Shown here: in pieces, positions 25,765-38,822 of the stretch
How the letters are laid out: every line of letters starts with the position of its first letter
Numbering within the stretch: position 1 is the stretch's first letter
Notes under the pieces: generated by a model
Seen by the model: the letters and a program-made list of their open reading frames with translations, nothing else
Database searches by the model: none
Told to the model about the DNA's origin: nothing
Made by a program: the position numbers and the translations under genes
From: Paramecium tetraurelia
Taxonomy: Eukaryota
Direction: 5' to 3'
Assembly (NCBI GenBank): GCA_000165425.1
Contig: CT868003.1
Location: 248,001 to 292,917, forward strand
Length of the DNA: 44,917 nt

Positions 25765-27386
25765 TCAATTCATTTACTATGATTGCATTAATAACGGAGA
25801 GCTTATCTGAGAACACGTTTTTTTTAAATTTGTTTATTTAGGCATATACTTTATAGGTGAAGAATAGAACCTATAACAAGTCATATCATCATCAAGTTAA
25901 GTCAATATTTTAGAAAATTGTACACGAGTTTTCAAAGATGATGCAAATTTTTCTACACTGAATTAAGATATATTATTGATTGGTTTTTTAGGTAAGAACT
26001 AATCTCTAGCTAAATATTTCAAAACTGATTTATCTTACAAATTTATTTCATTTTTAAGACTCGTATATGGTTGATCATCTGTATTCATATCTTGATCATA
26101 TTAATAATTAACCTTTGAAAACCGTTCACTTGATACTTTATTATGATCATGATACTATTTTATCCTAAAAATCATCTTCTTCAACTGAGGGGACACGAAA
26201 TTATTTGTCTTTTGTTTCTCTGTATCATCCTATATCTATAAGATAGGCAACTTCTCCTTTTACTCATATTTATCAATCAAATATTTCAGAAGCCATTTCG
26301 ATGACAAACCATACTCAATTACATCTACAAATTATTAACAAGGAATCTTAATAATTTTTGAGTCACTCTTCACTATCGCTGTTGTTCTTCTTATCAGCCT
26401 CTCCTTGCTTGTCTTATTCAAGTACAATTCATAATCTCCTATTAACTATCCAACACTGAACAAACCAATGTTTTTTATGCGTTTTTGCTTCTGAAAATTA
26501 ACAAAATACTTATTTTCTCTAATCTTTCCTCCAGCAGCATTTTCTATTGGCTCTTTAATTGAGACCTACACTTCCCCTTTAATTATAAGATACACTGAAT
26601 CCACAATCTACAATTCCTTATATAATAAACTTCCAGCCTAAATATTTAGTTCCTCTTGATTATGCAAAATGGATTGTAATTGTTATTCATTTAATAGATG
26701 AAATGGATGCATTCTTGCAATTACAACCTGTCTTAACTATAAATTATCAGCCTTTAGTTCACTCAGTAATGTTTAATAAGCATCAAAAGTCAAAATAGCA
26801 AATATGCAAGATTCTTTAGTAATGACAGTGGCTGTCCTTGGGATTCTCTGTTCTATTGCTATCTCTCCAAAATAATCATATTATTTTTTATAAGCAACAA
26901 TCCTGAAATTTTAATAACGATGTAAAATTAACTCATCGAAAGTCTTAGTTGCTCCTATTATAATATTTGATATTTCATTGTACTTCTTCGTTTATAGTCA
27001 TCCTTTTTTTAATGAACCTCAATTTAATCTTGATTTCTAATTAAAACAGCTGCTTCTCCTTGTAAAATAATATACATTTTCCTTCCAGTTTCACCTTGAT
27101 TAAATACAACACTGAATGCATCGAATTTTTCTATTGATATGGTTGACATCAATTTAATTAGAATACTGGGATTCAATTTATTACGTATTTATTAAAAGTA
27201 ATTAACATATTGCTCAAACTTATAACACAACAATTATAATTATGAATAGGATCTGTTCTTTGGCTCAATACTTAATATTGCTATAATAGTATCCACATCT
27301 GACAAATGTTTACGTTACTATTTATTATTCCCTTAGAACATTGAATCATCACTCTCAGATTCCTCTGAACTAGACATAAAACTCAT
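25765..27386 (-). CDS. Soluble protein with two cyclic-nucleotide-binding domains
   Basis: VFNQGETGRKMYIILQGE and phosphate-binding cassette YFGEIAIEQRIPRTATV. Second degenerate CNBD: IYKE..VYLIIKGEV..IGDYE..RRTTAIV. Confidence 0.85.
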
Positions 27387-27420
27387 TAGCAAAATAATTT
27401 TATATAAATAAAATCTAAAA

Positions 27421-28856
27421 TCAAAATAATTTCTATTTTTCTAAATCAGATCCCATAAAATTATTAGTCAATTCTCTTTTAGCTTTTTGACTTAATACTT
27501 CATGTAAATTCTATACTTAACTAACCTGAAATTCAATCAATTTTCGTTTAAATTAGTTTTCCTATAAAAATCTATCAAAACCTTCATTTGTATCTATTTC
27601 CATATCCTGATTTTTGTATCTACTTCTGGCTGTTTCAAAATAGGTATTCAACTCTCTGCCCATAAGATTTATTCTCTTTTTCAATACCTAATTTGATATT
27701 TTGTGTTCATCTTCAAACAATTCGCATTTATCCATAATAGTTTTAATTTTTTAACTAAAATCAGTGTTTACAATATTAATAGGTGACCTACTGTCACTAA
27801 AAGTGCCAATAGACGTAGTCATCTGTTTTAGTTCTTGATGCATTGAAGTTTACGGTGACATCTATACAGTAGTAGGTTATGAGATAAAGATGTTATTTGA
27901 AGCTGTAAATTATTATGAAAGTGTAACTTTATGTTTTGATTCTGGAGTTTTCTTCTTGGAATGAAAGAAATGCTTTGCAGTAGTATTCCTTGAGGAATGA
28001 TGAGATTTAACTTTAAATATTTCAGAGAACATTCTGTCTTGGATTTCTTTTTATCTTTTTATCTTACACATATTAATCTATCCTTATTTCTTGAATTCAG
28101 GTTCAAATTAATCATATCTCGTCTCCTTATATATATTTACTAGATTTTAATTGTACTATTGTTCCAGCTTCATTAACTATTCTAATTCTTCTTACTTGAT
28201 TCTCTTTTAAACTAATTCCTTCAATATTTGTTCCTAATTATCTAATTTTAATTCTTTTTTCTCCACATCTACACTCAACAGTTTCCCTACATCAATCTCT
28301 GGGTGATTCCTGCAAATCTCTGTCAGAAAATATTTAACTTATTCTTCATCTTCCAATTCGACATGATTTAACTCATTTAATTAGTATGATTTCTTGGCTT
28401 GCAATTTTACTAAGTTAGCTTTCAAATTGGCTAGTTTATACTCCTAATACAATGGACTTATTTAATGCTATCGAAGTAATTCATCATTTAAATAGGAAGC
28501 CAATCTAACCTCAGGTTTCACTGGAGGAGATCTAAACTTATACCGACACTTTTTCTCCGAATCTTCCTATTATACAGATAAAGACTTTTGTTTTAATGAA
28601 GCCTTCCTTTTTATTCTGTGTCCTTCAGTATTCTTATCTTTTGGTATTTTGATCTTTAGGTTCATTATTCGCTTAGCTGATATATCGTTGCTGCCACTTT
28701 AAACTAATACATTCATACAATACATCGTAGATCAGCTAGCTTTTTGTTGATAAATAGAACAAAATTTTAATCAGTGAAATCATCATAATAAACAGGCTTT
28801 TGTCTGATTGGGAATTACTGAATAGTTTTCTTAACCAAAAATCCTTAGAAACTCAT
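27421..28856 (-). CDS. Hypothetical protein
   Basis: Starts MSFQGFLVKKTIQ. 20-nt intron near 28700-28720. K/E/Q-rich. Ends EKQKLF-TGA. Confidence 0.7.
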
Positions 28857-29390
28857 TATTAAATAAATAAAATTAATTATTTTAGTAACTATTAATATAA
28901 TAAATATTTATATCGATCCATAATATATATTACAATAAAAACAAACTTATGTTTAAAACTATATTAAATTTATGTGTAATTGAAATCTAAAATAAACAAA
29001 CAAATTTATCTTCCAAAGAAAGTTCCGATATTTTTATCATCAATTATTATTTTGATAAAAAATGTTTAAATAACTAAGAATGAAAGTTAATGATAATTAT
29101 CATAGAGTTACTTTTAAATTACAACAATTTGAATTTATTGAAGTAGTTTTATAATTAAATATGTAATTAAAGCATTTCCATTACTATTAAGTAAGAACAA
29201 AGCGGTTAATTGATCTAAAATAAAAATTTTATGAGATGTCAGGTACACATTCTCTCTTAAATTGATTAGATCATACTTCAAGTAATCTACTAATGTAAGT
29301 AGTTCTCACATTGATATACATCATCTATTTGTAATTGTTTGCATCAAAATAAAATTATAATTAATATTCTAGTGATAATAAAAATAATTG

Positions 29391-30857
29391 ATGCTTAATG
29401 AAGAAATATAGATTGCTTGTCCCATTCATAATTAAGAAATCGTTCTACTTGATATTCAAGAAGGTATTCTCCTAGGAGAAAGGGCTTGCTGTAAAGAATG
29501 TCACATACGAAAAGCATATAGTATCACTAAAGCAATACAAAGAATCAATGCGTTAAGACTATAATAAACTTAGTTTATCAATAATAACATAGAGTAGACA
29601 CTGGCAGATATAACATAAATAGAAAAAACAATAAAAGAATTTTGGAAAGAAATTGAAGTTGGTTTTCTTGAAATGAACAAATCTTTAGACAATTAGAAAG
29701 CAATTCTAAAAGGGTAATTAAATGGTGAAAATGAAATAAAGATTAAATCTTTAGGAGATCTTTAACAACTTGGATAAATGATATTTGAATTAGAAAACAA
29801 TAAACTTAATCAATAAAGTGAAATCAATCAAGAAGATAATAATCTTTATTAAAGTAATCTACACAATCAATTAGATTAGATTTAGAATATTGTTGAGAAA
29901 TATTTGACTACATTAAAAGCCACAAAAATTAATCAAGAATTATAGGTTTTCTTTCGAAATAACTATTAAGAAATTTAATCTACTTTCTTGGAAAGATGGG
30001 TTGATCCTATTATATTTTTAAATGATTAGTTAAAGGCAGTATTATGTGATTTTGCTGGAGTTCTAGAGCTCAATTTTGAGAATAACCAATGTTTAGTCTA
30101 GCGTTTAATATAGATGTAGAATATAACTGGAATTTATGTTGGAGCTGATTTAACTTGGATAGTAACAGCAGGACAAGATGCAAGAATATCAATTTGGCAA
30201 GCAGACAATTAGAATTGGAAATTGAGCTAGTAACTTTAAGGACATCTTCACTCAATCAATAAAATGATAATTAATAAAACTGAATCATAGGTGATATCTG
30301 GAGGATTAGACAGTAAAATTGTAATTTGGAATAAGAAAGGCTCTAAATTAGAAAAACATGCCTCTTTAAAATAACACGAGAAAAGCATTACAAGTTTAGC
30401 ATGGAGTCACTCTGGAACATATTTTGCTTCTGGAAGTTCTGATTAAAATTTGATTGTTTGGAAATCTAATAATGGAGCCTGGGAGATATTTTAAAAGATT
30501 AGCGATAAACATCAAGCTATGATTTCTGACATTATCTTTGATAATTATGATAATATTTATACTGCAGCTGAGAATGTTAAAGTATGGAAATAAGATAATT
30601 GTCAGAAATATCTGCTTTCATCAATTGTTAAAACCTTCAATGAAGTCAAAAAAATGCTGTTCGTTTACGATCACTAATATTTAATAATTTTACAAAAAAC
30701 CATAGAAATCTATAAGGTTATGAAAAATGATATAGTTCACAAATAATCAATAGATGACGAATATAATAGTGTTGCAGTTTCAAAGGATGGTTAATATATG
30801 ATAGCTTAAAAATATAAAAATCAATAATTACAATTGTTGAAATTATAAGCGATGTGA
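29391..30857 (+). CDS. WD40-repeat protein with N-terminal Cys/His Zn motif and coiled coil
   Basis: CPIH...CCKEC N-terminus, then a coiled coil, then WD repeats (VTAGQDARISIW, GH..ISGGLDSKIVIWN, FASGSSDQNLIVWK). 488 aa. Confidence 0.88.
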
Positions 30858-31063
30858 ATATGGAAAAATTGATAGATTACCTTGAAAATTAATAAATTTA
30901 TGTATAAATATATTAATTTAAACAGCCACCATCCATATAAGAATGTAGAGAGATACAAAAACTTAAGTAAAAGAAAGGACTTAGCTTGATTATATTTATA
31001 ATAATAAAATTTGTTCCAGAATTTCTATGGTTTATTTAGGGATGTTCAGATCGATTAATTATA

Positions 31064-31473
31064 ATGAAAAATCATTATGACACTTTAGGCTTAGAGAGGA
31101 ATGCTTAACCTAACCAAATCAAGAAAGCCTATCATAAATTGGCCCTTCAGTGGCATCCAGTATTAACTTGCTGATGTCTTTTTAGGATAAGAATAGTGAT
31201 TTTAAGGCAACTGATTAATTTCACTAAATAAATGAAGCCTATACTACCCTATCCAAAGAAGAATCGAAAACAAAATACGACAAAAGACTCTAAACCAGAG
31301 ATAATTTGAATGATCTGTTAAACTATATTAAATCGTAACAGGAAGAACCATTTCTATAATATGATACAAGAGATGATTTTATATCACAAGAGGATCGGGA
31401 ATTCTTAAGAAACTTTTCAAATAAACAAGAGATAGAAACAATTAAAAAAAAGAGAATTCGAAAAAAAAAATGA
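31064..31473 (+). CDS. Small DnaJ/J-domain protein
   Basis: MKNHYDTLGL..IKKAYHKLALQWHP|DKN..FHQINEAYTTLS. HPD restored by splicing intron 31160-31185. Basic C-terminus. Confidence 0.92.
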
Positions 31474-32169
31474 AAATCTTACCTTTACAAATAAATTTTT
31501 AAAAATCATAAAAAGTATCAGAATTAGTTGTCTCCGTAAATGTGGATTGTAGCTAATCCATTCTATTGTTTTTCAAAAAACTAAATACTTTTTCTAATAT
31601 ATTTAATGTACAAATTTTATCAGTAAATAGTATGTCTCCTTTATCATCCAGAGCAACTAACCTAATTCCCTTCGAACCTTATATCAATAATTTATCTATT
31701 CATTAATTCCTTATATAAATTAAATTTCAATAAATCTCATCCTTCAAGGTTCTTCACTTCAAGAATATTTAAACACCCTCCAAATCTATGTTTGAAGTGT
31801 CTCCATTTAATCTTATTACAATTACACCATACATATGTTTTATTAGATTATTCTAAAAATTATTATTTAGTATTTTATAACAATATTTACAATAATGTTT
31901 AAATAAATAATCTTATAAAATTATTTCATTTATGTTTCAATATTTAGGCATTTTGTTGTGTAAATATTTGATAATCAATTAAATTATAGAATGGTAATAA
32001 ATAAAGGTATTATATAAGTATATATTACTACAATGATAGAACCCTATTAAAACAAGGTTAATATAAGAAAAACATTAATTGAAATCTAGCATCTAGTGCT
32101 ATTATAATTGGTCGTGAATTTTCCTTAAAAATACTATATTTCTTAAATTTTATGTAAATATTTAATGAC

Positions 32170-35100
32170 TCAACTATGAACTACTGAAGATGATTTAATT
32201 ATTGTTGAATTTTGAATAAAGGAAGTCTATAATGGTTATGCTTTCTTTCTTAATTCATCACACTCGATTAATGCATTTTGAAGTGATTAAGTTAATCTAT
32301 CATTGTCATCTGTAAGCATGACAATTTGATCATTCATTCTACTATTCTCACCTTATGATTTTGAATATTTTTGAATTTAGACCTCTAATTGTCCTGCCAA
32401 CAGAGCGCATTTATTCTCAAGATCATTTTTTGATTTTTCTAATTTTTCAATTTATCTTTATAATAAATCCATTTTTGCATGCCATTCCTCCTTTTCTTTA
32501 TTTTAAGTAACAATCTATAATTGTAATTTCTATTCTTCAACTTGTAATTGCTTGATAATTTAGTTTTATGAATCATAATCATTTAATCTAAATTAAATTT
32601 ATAATTTTACTTCTGTTTCAAATCCAACAACTCTCTGTTCTTACTTTGCAATTACTATTATAACTCTTCCTATTATTTATTTAAGGCTTAGATTTTGCTT
32701 TCTAATTCATTTTTGATTCCATTAAATTATTTCATTTAATTGCATTCGTTTTGTAATCTTTAGACTTCTTATATGAGATCCTCAGATTTAACACTTAAAG
32801 TTAATTGGTTCGATTTCAAAGAATCTATGTCCTATAATAAGGTGGTGTTCTTTTGTTCAACATTTTCCTTAATTTACTTAAGATCTTCGCATTCCTTTTA
32901 TTTAAGAGCTAAGTTTTGTTTAATAGTATCAATTTATCCTTTCATTTAAATAATTTATTCTTCAGATCTTCTAGCATCTCCTTCAAAAGCTGATAATTAA
33001 GTAACTAATGTTTCTAAACGTTGATTAGCTTCCTTCAAATTATCAATTTCATCATTTTTAGTCTTGACCATATGCTTTTATCTTTCAATTTCAGAGGCTA
33101 ACAATGCTACTCTTGATTCTAAACTTTCCTTCCAATATTAGAATTAAGCAGCCTCAGCTTCTTTGATTTTCAATTTTTCTTTCAAATCATTTAGTTAATC
33201 TTATAATTATTAAGAATCCTCAATAATTTTGGCATAATCTGTTTCAATAGCTTCTAATTTCTTTAATCTCAAAACTGCATTTTGATTTGTAACCTTCAAT
33301 TAGAAATTCTCTTCTTAGATTTCATTGATTCTTTTTTGGAATTGATTCAATTATGAAATATGTTATTCATTTGCTTATTCTAATTCCACAATAACTTTGG
33401 ATCTTTCTTGAATCTATTATTCTTGGCTCTTTAATTGCTCTTAAGCGTGTTACAAATCCTTTAAGTATTGATTAGCTGTCTCTGTGGCTTAAGCTAATTG
33501 TACTTAAATATTGGCCAAGGAATTTTAACTAAAATAAATAATTAATGTACTCTTTTTAAACAATATGTTATAAATCTTCCCATTGGTTTCTAAAAGGTAT
33601 CAATTGATTAATCTTAAACTCTTGATTCTCATTTTAAGTCTGGAGAGCCTTTACTTGACTACTCAATTATTGGTTTTTGGTTTATAATGCAAAGTTTTCC
33701 TCTTAGGATTGTCCTAATTGACCTTCCACAATCATTAATTTCTAACCTAATCTTTCTGCTTCAAGTGCCTTTACTTCTGCTTTGCCTAGACGATTATTTA
33801 ATCTATCAACTTCCATCTATAATTAAGTCAATGTTGCCTTGATCTCCTCTTTTTCTGATGCTGCCTTTTCATATTTATCAACGTATTCTTATCTGATCTT
33901 TTAAGTATTTTCTAGATCTGTTCCAATCAAATAGTTAGAAGTCTTTAATTTAGCAATATCTTAATCTTTTACATTACTAATGCTCTTCAAAGAAGCATAT
34001 TCATTCTATAAAATTTAATAGTTCTTCAATTATAATTGATATTTGGCAATTTTTTAATTCAATTTATCAATATCTGTATTTAATAATGTCATCTCATTAA
34101 GTTAATCTTCAATTTATTATTATAATTAACGATTTTATCCTTATAATTCAGGTAAACTCTTTTCCAAGAATCTCAAATCAGTAATTCTAGATTCCTAGGT
34201 ATTGCATCTACTTCTTAACTCTTCACATTCTCTCACCTTATTTTGGAAGGCTAAAGTTAATTTTTGATTTTCCTTTAATAATTCATCAATTCTCTTTTAT
34301 AAAGGTGTTAAATCCTTGTCTGCTAGTTCTTATTTCAATAAAGGAATCTAGGTAGCTGTATTCAAGAATTCTTATTGTAATTTATCATATCTACTTTAGA
34401 GTTATTACAATTATTATTAAAGCACTTCATTAGATTCGTTAATATTTTGAGCCTAAGGTTAACTTTAAGATTGTTCTCTTAATAATTGATTGAGTCTTTC
34501 GTTATCCAATTTACTTTAAGTGAGTTATGCATTTGCATAGGTATATTTCTCTTCAATTCCCTTTAAATCGTGATTTAACTATTCTGATTGTAAGTATTTT
34601 CTTCTCTAATTTTCACAATCTTCTGTCTTTATTTGCAATTGAATCTTTAAATATTAGAGGTCTTAAACCATTTGATTGATTTCTCCTTAAGATTTCAAAT
34701 TTTGCTCAACAGATTATAAGGAAATCTTTTATGAATTGTTCTATTCATCTATTAATTGACTTTTAAGTTATTTGATTTCATTAAGTAATTTGGTGTTTTC
34801 AGTGTTCAATAAAGCTTGTTGTGCTTCTAATTCTTTGAGTTATTTCTTAGCTTCGGTAGCATCAACATAATAATTACCGGCCTATCTTCTCCAGTCTTCA
34901 ACTTCTTATCTTCTAGCTATTAATTATTTTTGTAGCAATCTCATTTAATCATTTAAGAAATCACAATTTGTTTATAATTCTTAGTTCAATCTAGATAATA
35001 GATCTAATTCAGATGACAATTGATTAGATTTTAATGCCCATTAGTTCACTTCAGTTTTATCTTCAATACGAGTTTCTTATGTAATTTCAATTGAAACCAT

Positions 35101-36870
35101 TTATTAAGACAATAACATGTATTACTTACTTTATTTATCATATTGTTCTTATAATTGAGCAAATTCTGCTTTTAATTACTCAATAACATTCAACAAAGAT
35201 TTAATTCTAGCTTCTAATTCGCTTGTGTCTTTACTCTTAGGTTGTAATTCAAATTAAGTTAGTTTTCTTCTTAGATTTTAGATTTCATTATCTTTCAAGA
35301 TGATAAGCTCATTGAGTTTCTTATTATCAATTTCAAACAATTTTAATTATTGAATTCTAGCTTACAAATCTTATATTTCAATTTTATTAGCTTCAATTTG
35401 ATCTTCTAAATATTTGACTCTTCTAATTAATGTTTAATTTTCATTATTTAATTGTTTGATTTAAGTAGTCAGATATTTGGTTTCTTCCAATCTTTATTGA
35501 ATTTAATTCTTCTCAATTTCTAGATTACCATATTTAATTTTGAGTGCATCCAATTGATTCTTTCTATCATTAGCTATTTGTTTGAGTTCTTCAACAGCCA
35601 CTATTAATCTTTTATTTTCACTTTCAAATTCAATCTTTAACAACTTTTCATGTCTCAATTCTCCACAATTATTCTCTAATCTAGAAATTTCTTTTCTTAA
35701 TTCTGTCATTGCCGTCAATTATACCTATAACATTTCATTGAGATTGCCTATTTCTTAATTCAATACATTGATTTCCAATAATTTATTTTGTAAATTAGTA
35801 ATTTCAAGATTCTATTCATTAATTAATTTACTCTTTTATTGAATAGTCATGCTCAAATTATTCAATTATTCCTGTAATTTGACTATCTTCATCTTCTAAG
35901 CTTCAACATCTTATTATTTTAATTCAACTTCAGTTTCCATTTACAAAGTCTTCTTTCTCCATTCATCAACCTAACCTTGTAAATGCTGAATCAAATTTTT
36001 CAATTTCAGAATTTCAGCATCTCTTAATTTGATTTCAGTTGCATTGTTTCTCTAGGCAGCCTCAATTTAAACAGCATTCAGTCTTTCATTGAGTTCGAAG
36101 ATTTAATTTTATAATTTATTTCTCTCATCCACCATTTCCCAATATCTATCTTACCATTAATTAGCCTAACCTTCAAGTCCTTTCAATTGCCCTTCAACCT
36201 ACACATTCTTAATTTCAATTGCTTAGTACCTACTCAACTCAGCTTCCAATTTATTGTATTTGTCTCTCCATTCATCCAATTCCCCTAATCTACTCTTCAA
36301 TTATACTTACAAGTTCTCTAAAACATAGAAACCAATAATACCATAGTTATTCTTTGTCTCCTCAATTGAATTGTTTAATTCATATGTATTTAATCTCATT
36401 TTCAATTCGTCATTTTCTTTGATCAGGGATCTAATCTATCCATACAAATCATTGTTCTCCCCGTATAACAATTGTATCTTGGCCTCTTATAATTTAATCT
36501 ATAAAAATCCATACTATATTTATACCACTTCTTCATTTGCTATGTTCTTGTCATACATGGCCATCAGATCCAAATATCGTTTTCTCCACAATTCAACTTC
36601 ATGCAATAGAGATTGGATCCTGACTTCATAATCAGAGAAATTTTGTTAATCCACTTTCTTAGTGACAGTGTATTGAACATCTAAAGGGATGACAGTCTCT
36701 CTTGGAGTTGATGATAATAAAAATTAGGATTCTCTTAGCTATGGATTCACTATAGTTTCTCGCTGAATAACAGATCCTCCATTGCGCTCTCCAAGTTGAG
36801 GAGACAAGTAGCGCATATGCGATTTTGTTAATGATGACTAAATGATTGATTCTTACTTAGAGAAACTCAT
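32170..36870 (-). CDS. Giant (~1500 aa) coiled-coil protein, probable cortical cytoskeleton component
   Basis: Long E/K/Q/L heptad-rich frame with a few tiny introns. Recurrent ExxWRxK and LESRVALLASEIER-type motifs. Confidence 0.85.
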
Positions 36871-37029
36871 TTATAAAGATATTTTTTTATTAAATAAACT
36901 TATGCATATATAAATATACAGACATTTTATTTAAGATCTCAATTATATAACGTATATTAATCTAATATAAGAAAAATAAGGGCCTTCCTTAAACTCAAAT
37001 TTATATAATAAAAAATAAAACAACCTTAA

Positions 37030-37758
37030 ATGAAGTTTTCTAGAACAGCATCTACTCATCTCACTAATTTATCCTTTAGGTCAAGTAATCCAAGCACTAC
37101 TCAAACACCCTAAAGCAATTCACGTTTGAGTGAGGTTAATAATAAAATTGATGATCTATTAAAAAAGTCAACTACTTCAATCAACAAATAAGAGTTTAAA
37201 TTTCCTTCTTAAGAGAAAAAGATTAATTAAACTTACAATTGTACTCTTATGACTGAACAAGCATAAAAGGAAAAAAAATAATTATTGACAATCCTATTAT
37301 AGAAAGATAGTATTATAAGGGACTAATAGAACAAAATTGCATAATTGGATTAATAGAATAAGAATTTGATGAAGTAATTGCAATAATTCACTAATCTTCA
37401 ACCTTAAATGGGATAATTGGAAGAGCAATGCTAATAAATTATCAAGTAGAATGAATAACTGAAATATGAGAAAAACTAAATACAAACCTCGCTTAATTAT
37501 CTTAAATGCTAAAACATTTAAGTTATAAGTCAAGAATTAAAGAATTCTTTGTAATAACTGCATTAACAAATAAAGAAATATTACATCTGCAATTATAAAG
37601 AAGACTACTATAATTTAGAATAAAGTAGAATGACTCTAAAAATGAGTGACCTTGATTTCTATACTATACTAAGGGAATGTTTGGATTGCATATTGTATAT
37701 GATTAAAAACACTGACCATTCATTAGACCAATATTTAAATAGAAATACTAAAATTTGA
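37030..37758 (+). CDS. Hypothetical coiled-coil protein (~242 aa)
   Basis: MKFSRTAST...YLNRNTKI-TGA, open in code 6. An alternative start at 36902 via a 20-nt intron is possible. Confidence 0.72.
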
Positions 37759-38822
37759 TTTAAACTGTGTAATTAAAATAACCATCTAGATCCTTTAATT
37801 AATTTATTCGAATTATTCTAAAAGTTGCTACTTCAATCTAAAAGTTATCCCTTTTAGCTAATCAAAAATTATTATATCCTAAAATTATTTGTTTCAATTT
37901 CTTATCTCTTTAGTATTTCGATAATAATGTCATTAATTGCAATACAAATTCTATTTTCATCATGAGAAAAATCCTTTAATCTTATGTTAAAGAGTTTAGA
38001 AGAGGCATTTTTCAAATAACAACTCTTCCCGAAAGTTTTTTAAGATTTTCAGTAAATTAACAAACCTATCTCAATTAATTCAACTTATTCAAAGATATAT
38101 AGGATCTATAATCATTTAAAATTGTTTGATGATTCATAACTTAAAATAATTAAATTAATTATAAAAGTTAATGATGTTCTTATTTAATTTAAACGATTTT
38201 GATGATAACTTATATAAATATTAGAACCATTCAATAATTTCTTTGTGGCAACTGGTGTTCTTAATTATCAGAAAAATAATAAATTAATCTTAAAAGCAAT
38301 TAAAAACATATCTATCATTCAATCGATAAATCTTTGAATAATTATAATTAATATTCTTACAAAATAAATAACTTCTAAAGATTATCATCAATTAATATAA
38401 AGGAGTGTGAGCTGATATATATGCTTAATATATGTACTTTGTGTAATATAATTAAAAGATGGGTGTATAATTAGAAGAGGGTTGAAAAATTAAATTGTTT
38501 TGATATATTATCATCTAATAATTATTCTGAAATGTTCATAGAATTTATAAATTAATGAAAAAAGGAAATAATTTTATTAATTAAGTAGCAAGATATTTAT
38601 AATTGTTTAAAGTATTTATAAAAATAATTAAAATGAACTCTAAGACTTTATGAATAGAGTGGAAATTTCATAACAGATTATATATTTGAATATAATGATG
38701 AATAAAGTATTAATATGATTCATAAAAGAAAGGATAAATGTATCATGGATTTTGGAGAATAAATAGGGAACATAAATTTGAAATGAATTAATTATAAAAT
38801 ATAAAAATTATAATATTTCAAG

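Noticed and set aside
31632..32117. Long TGA-free plus-strand frame
   Set aside because: With a single stop codon in very AT-rich DNA, such frames arise by chance. Its composition (I/L/F/Y/Q) is not protein-like.
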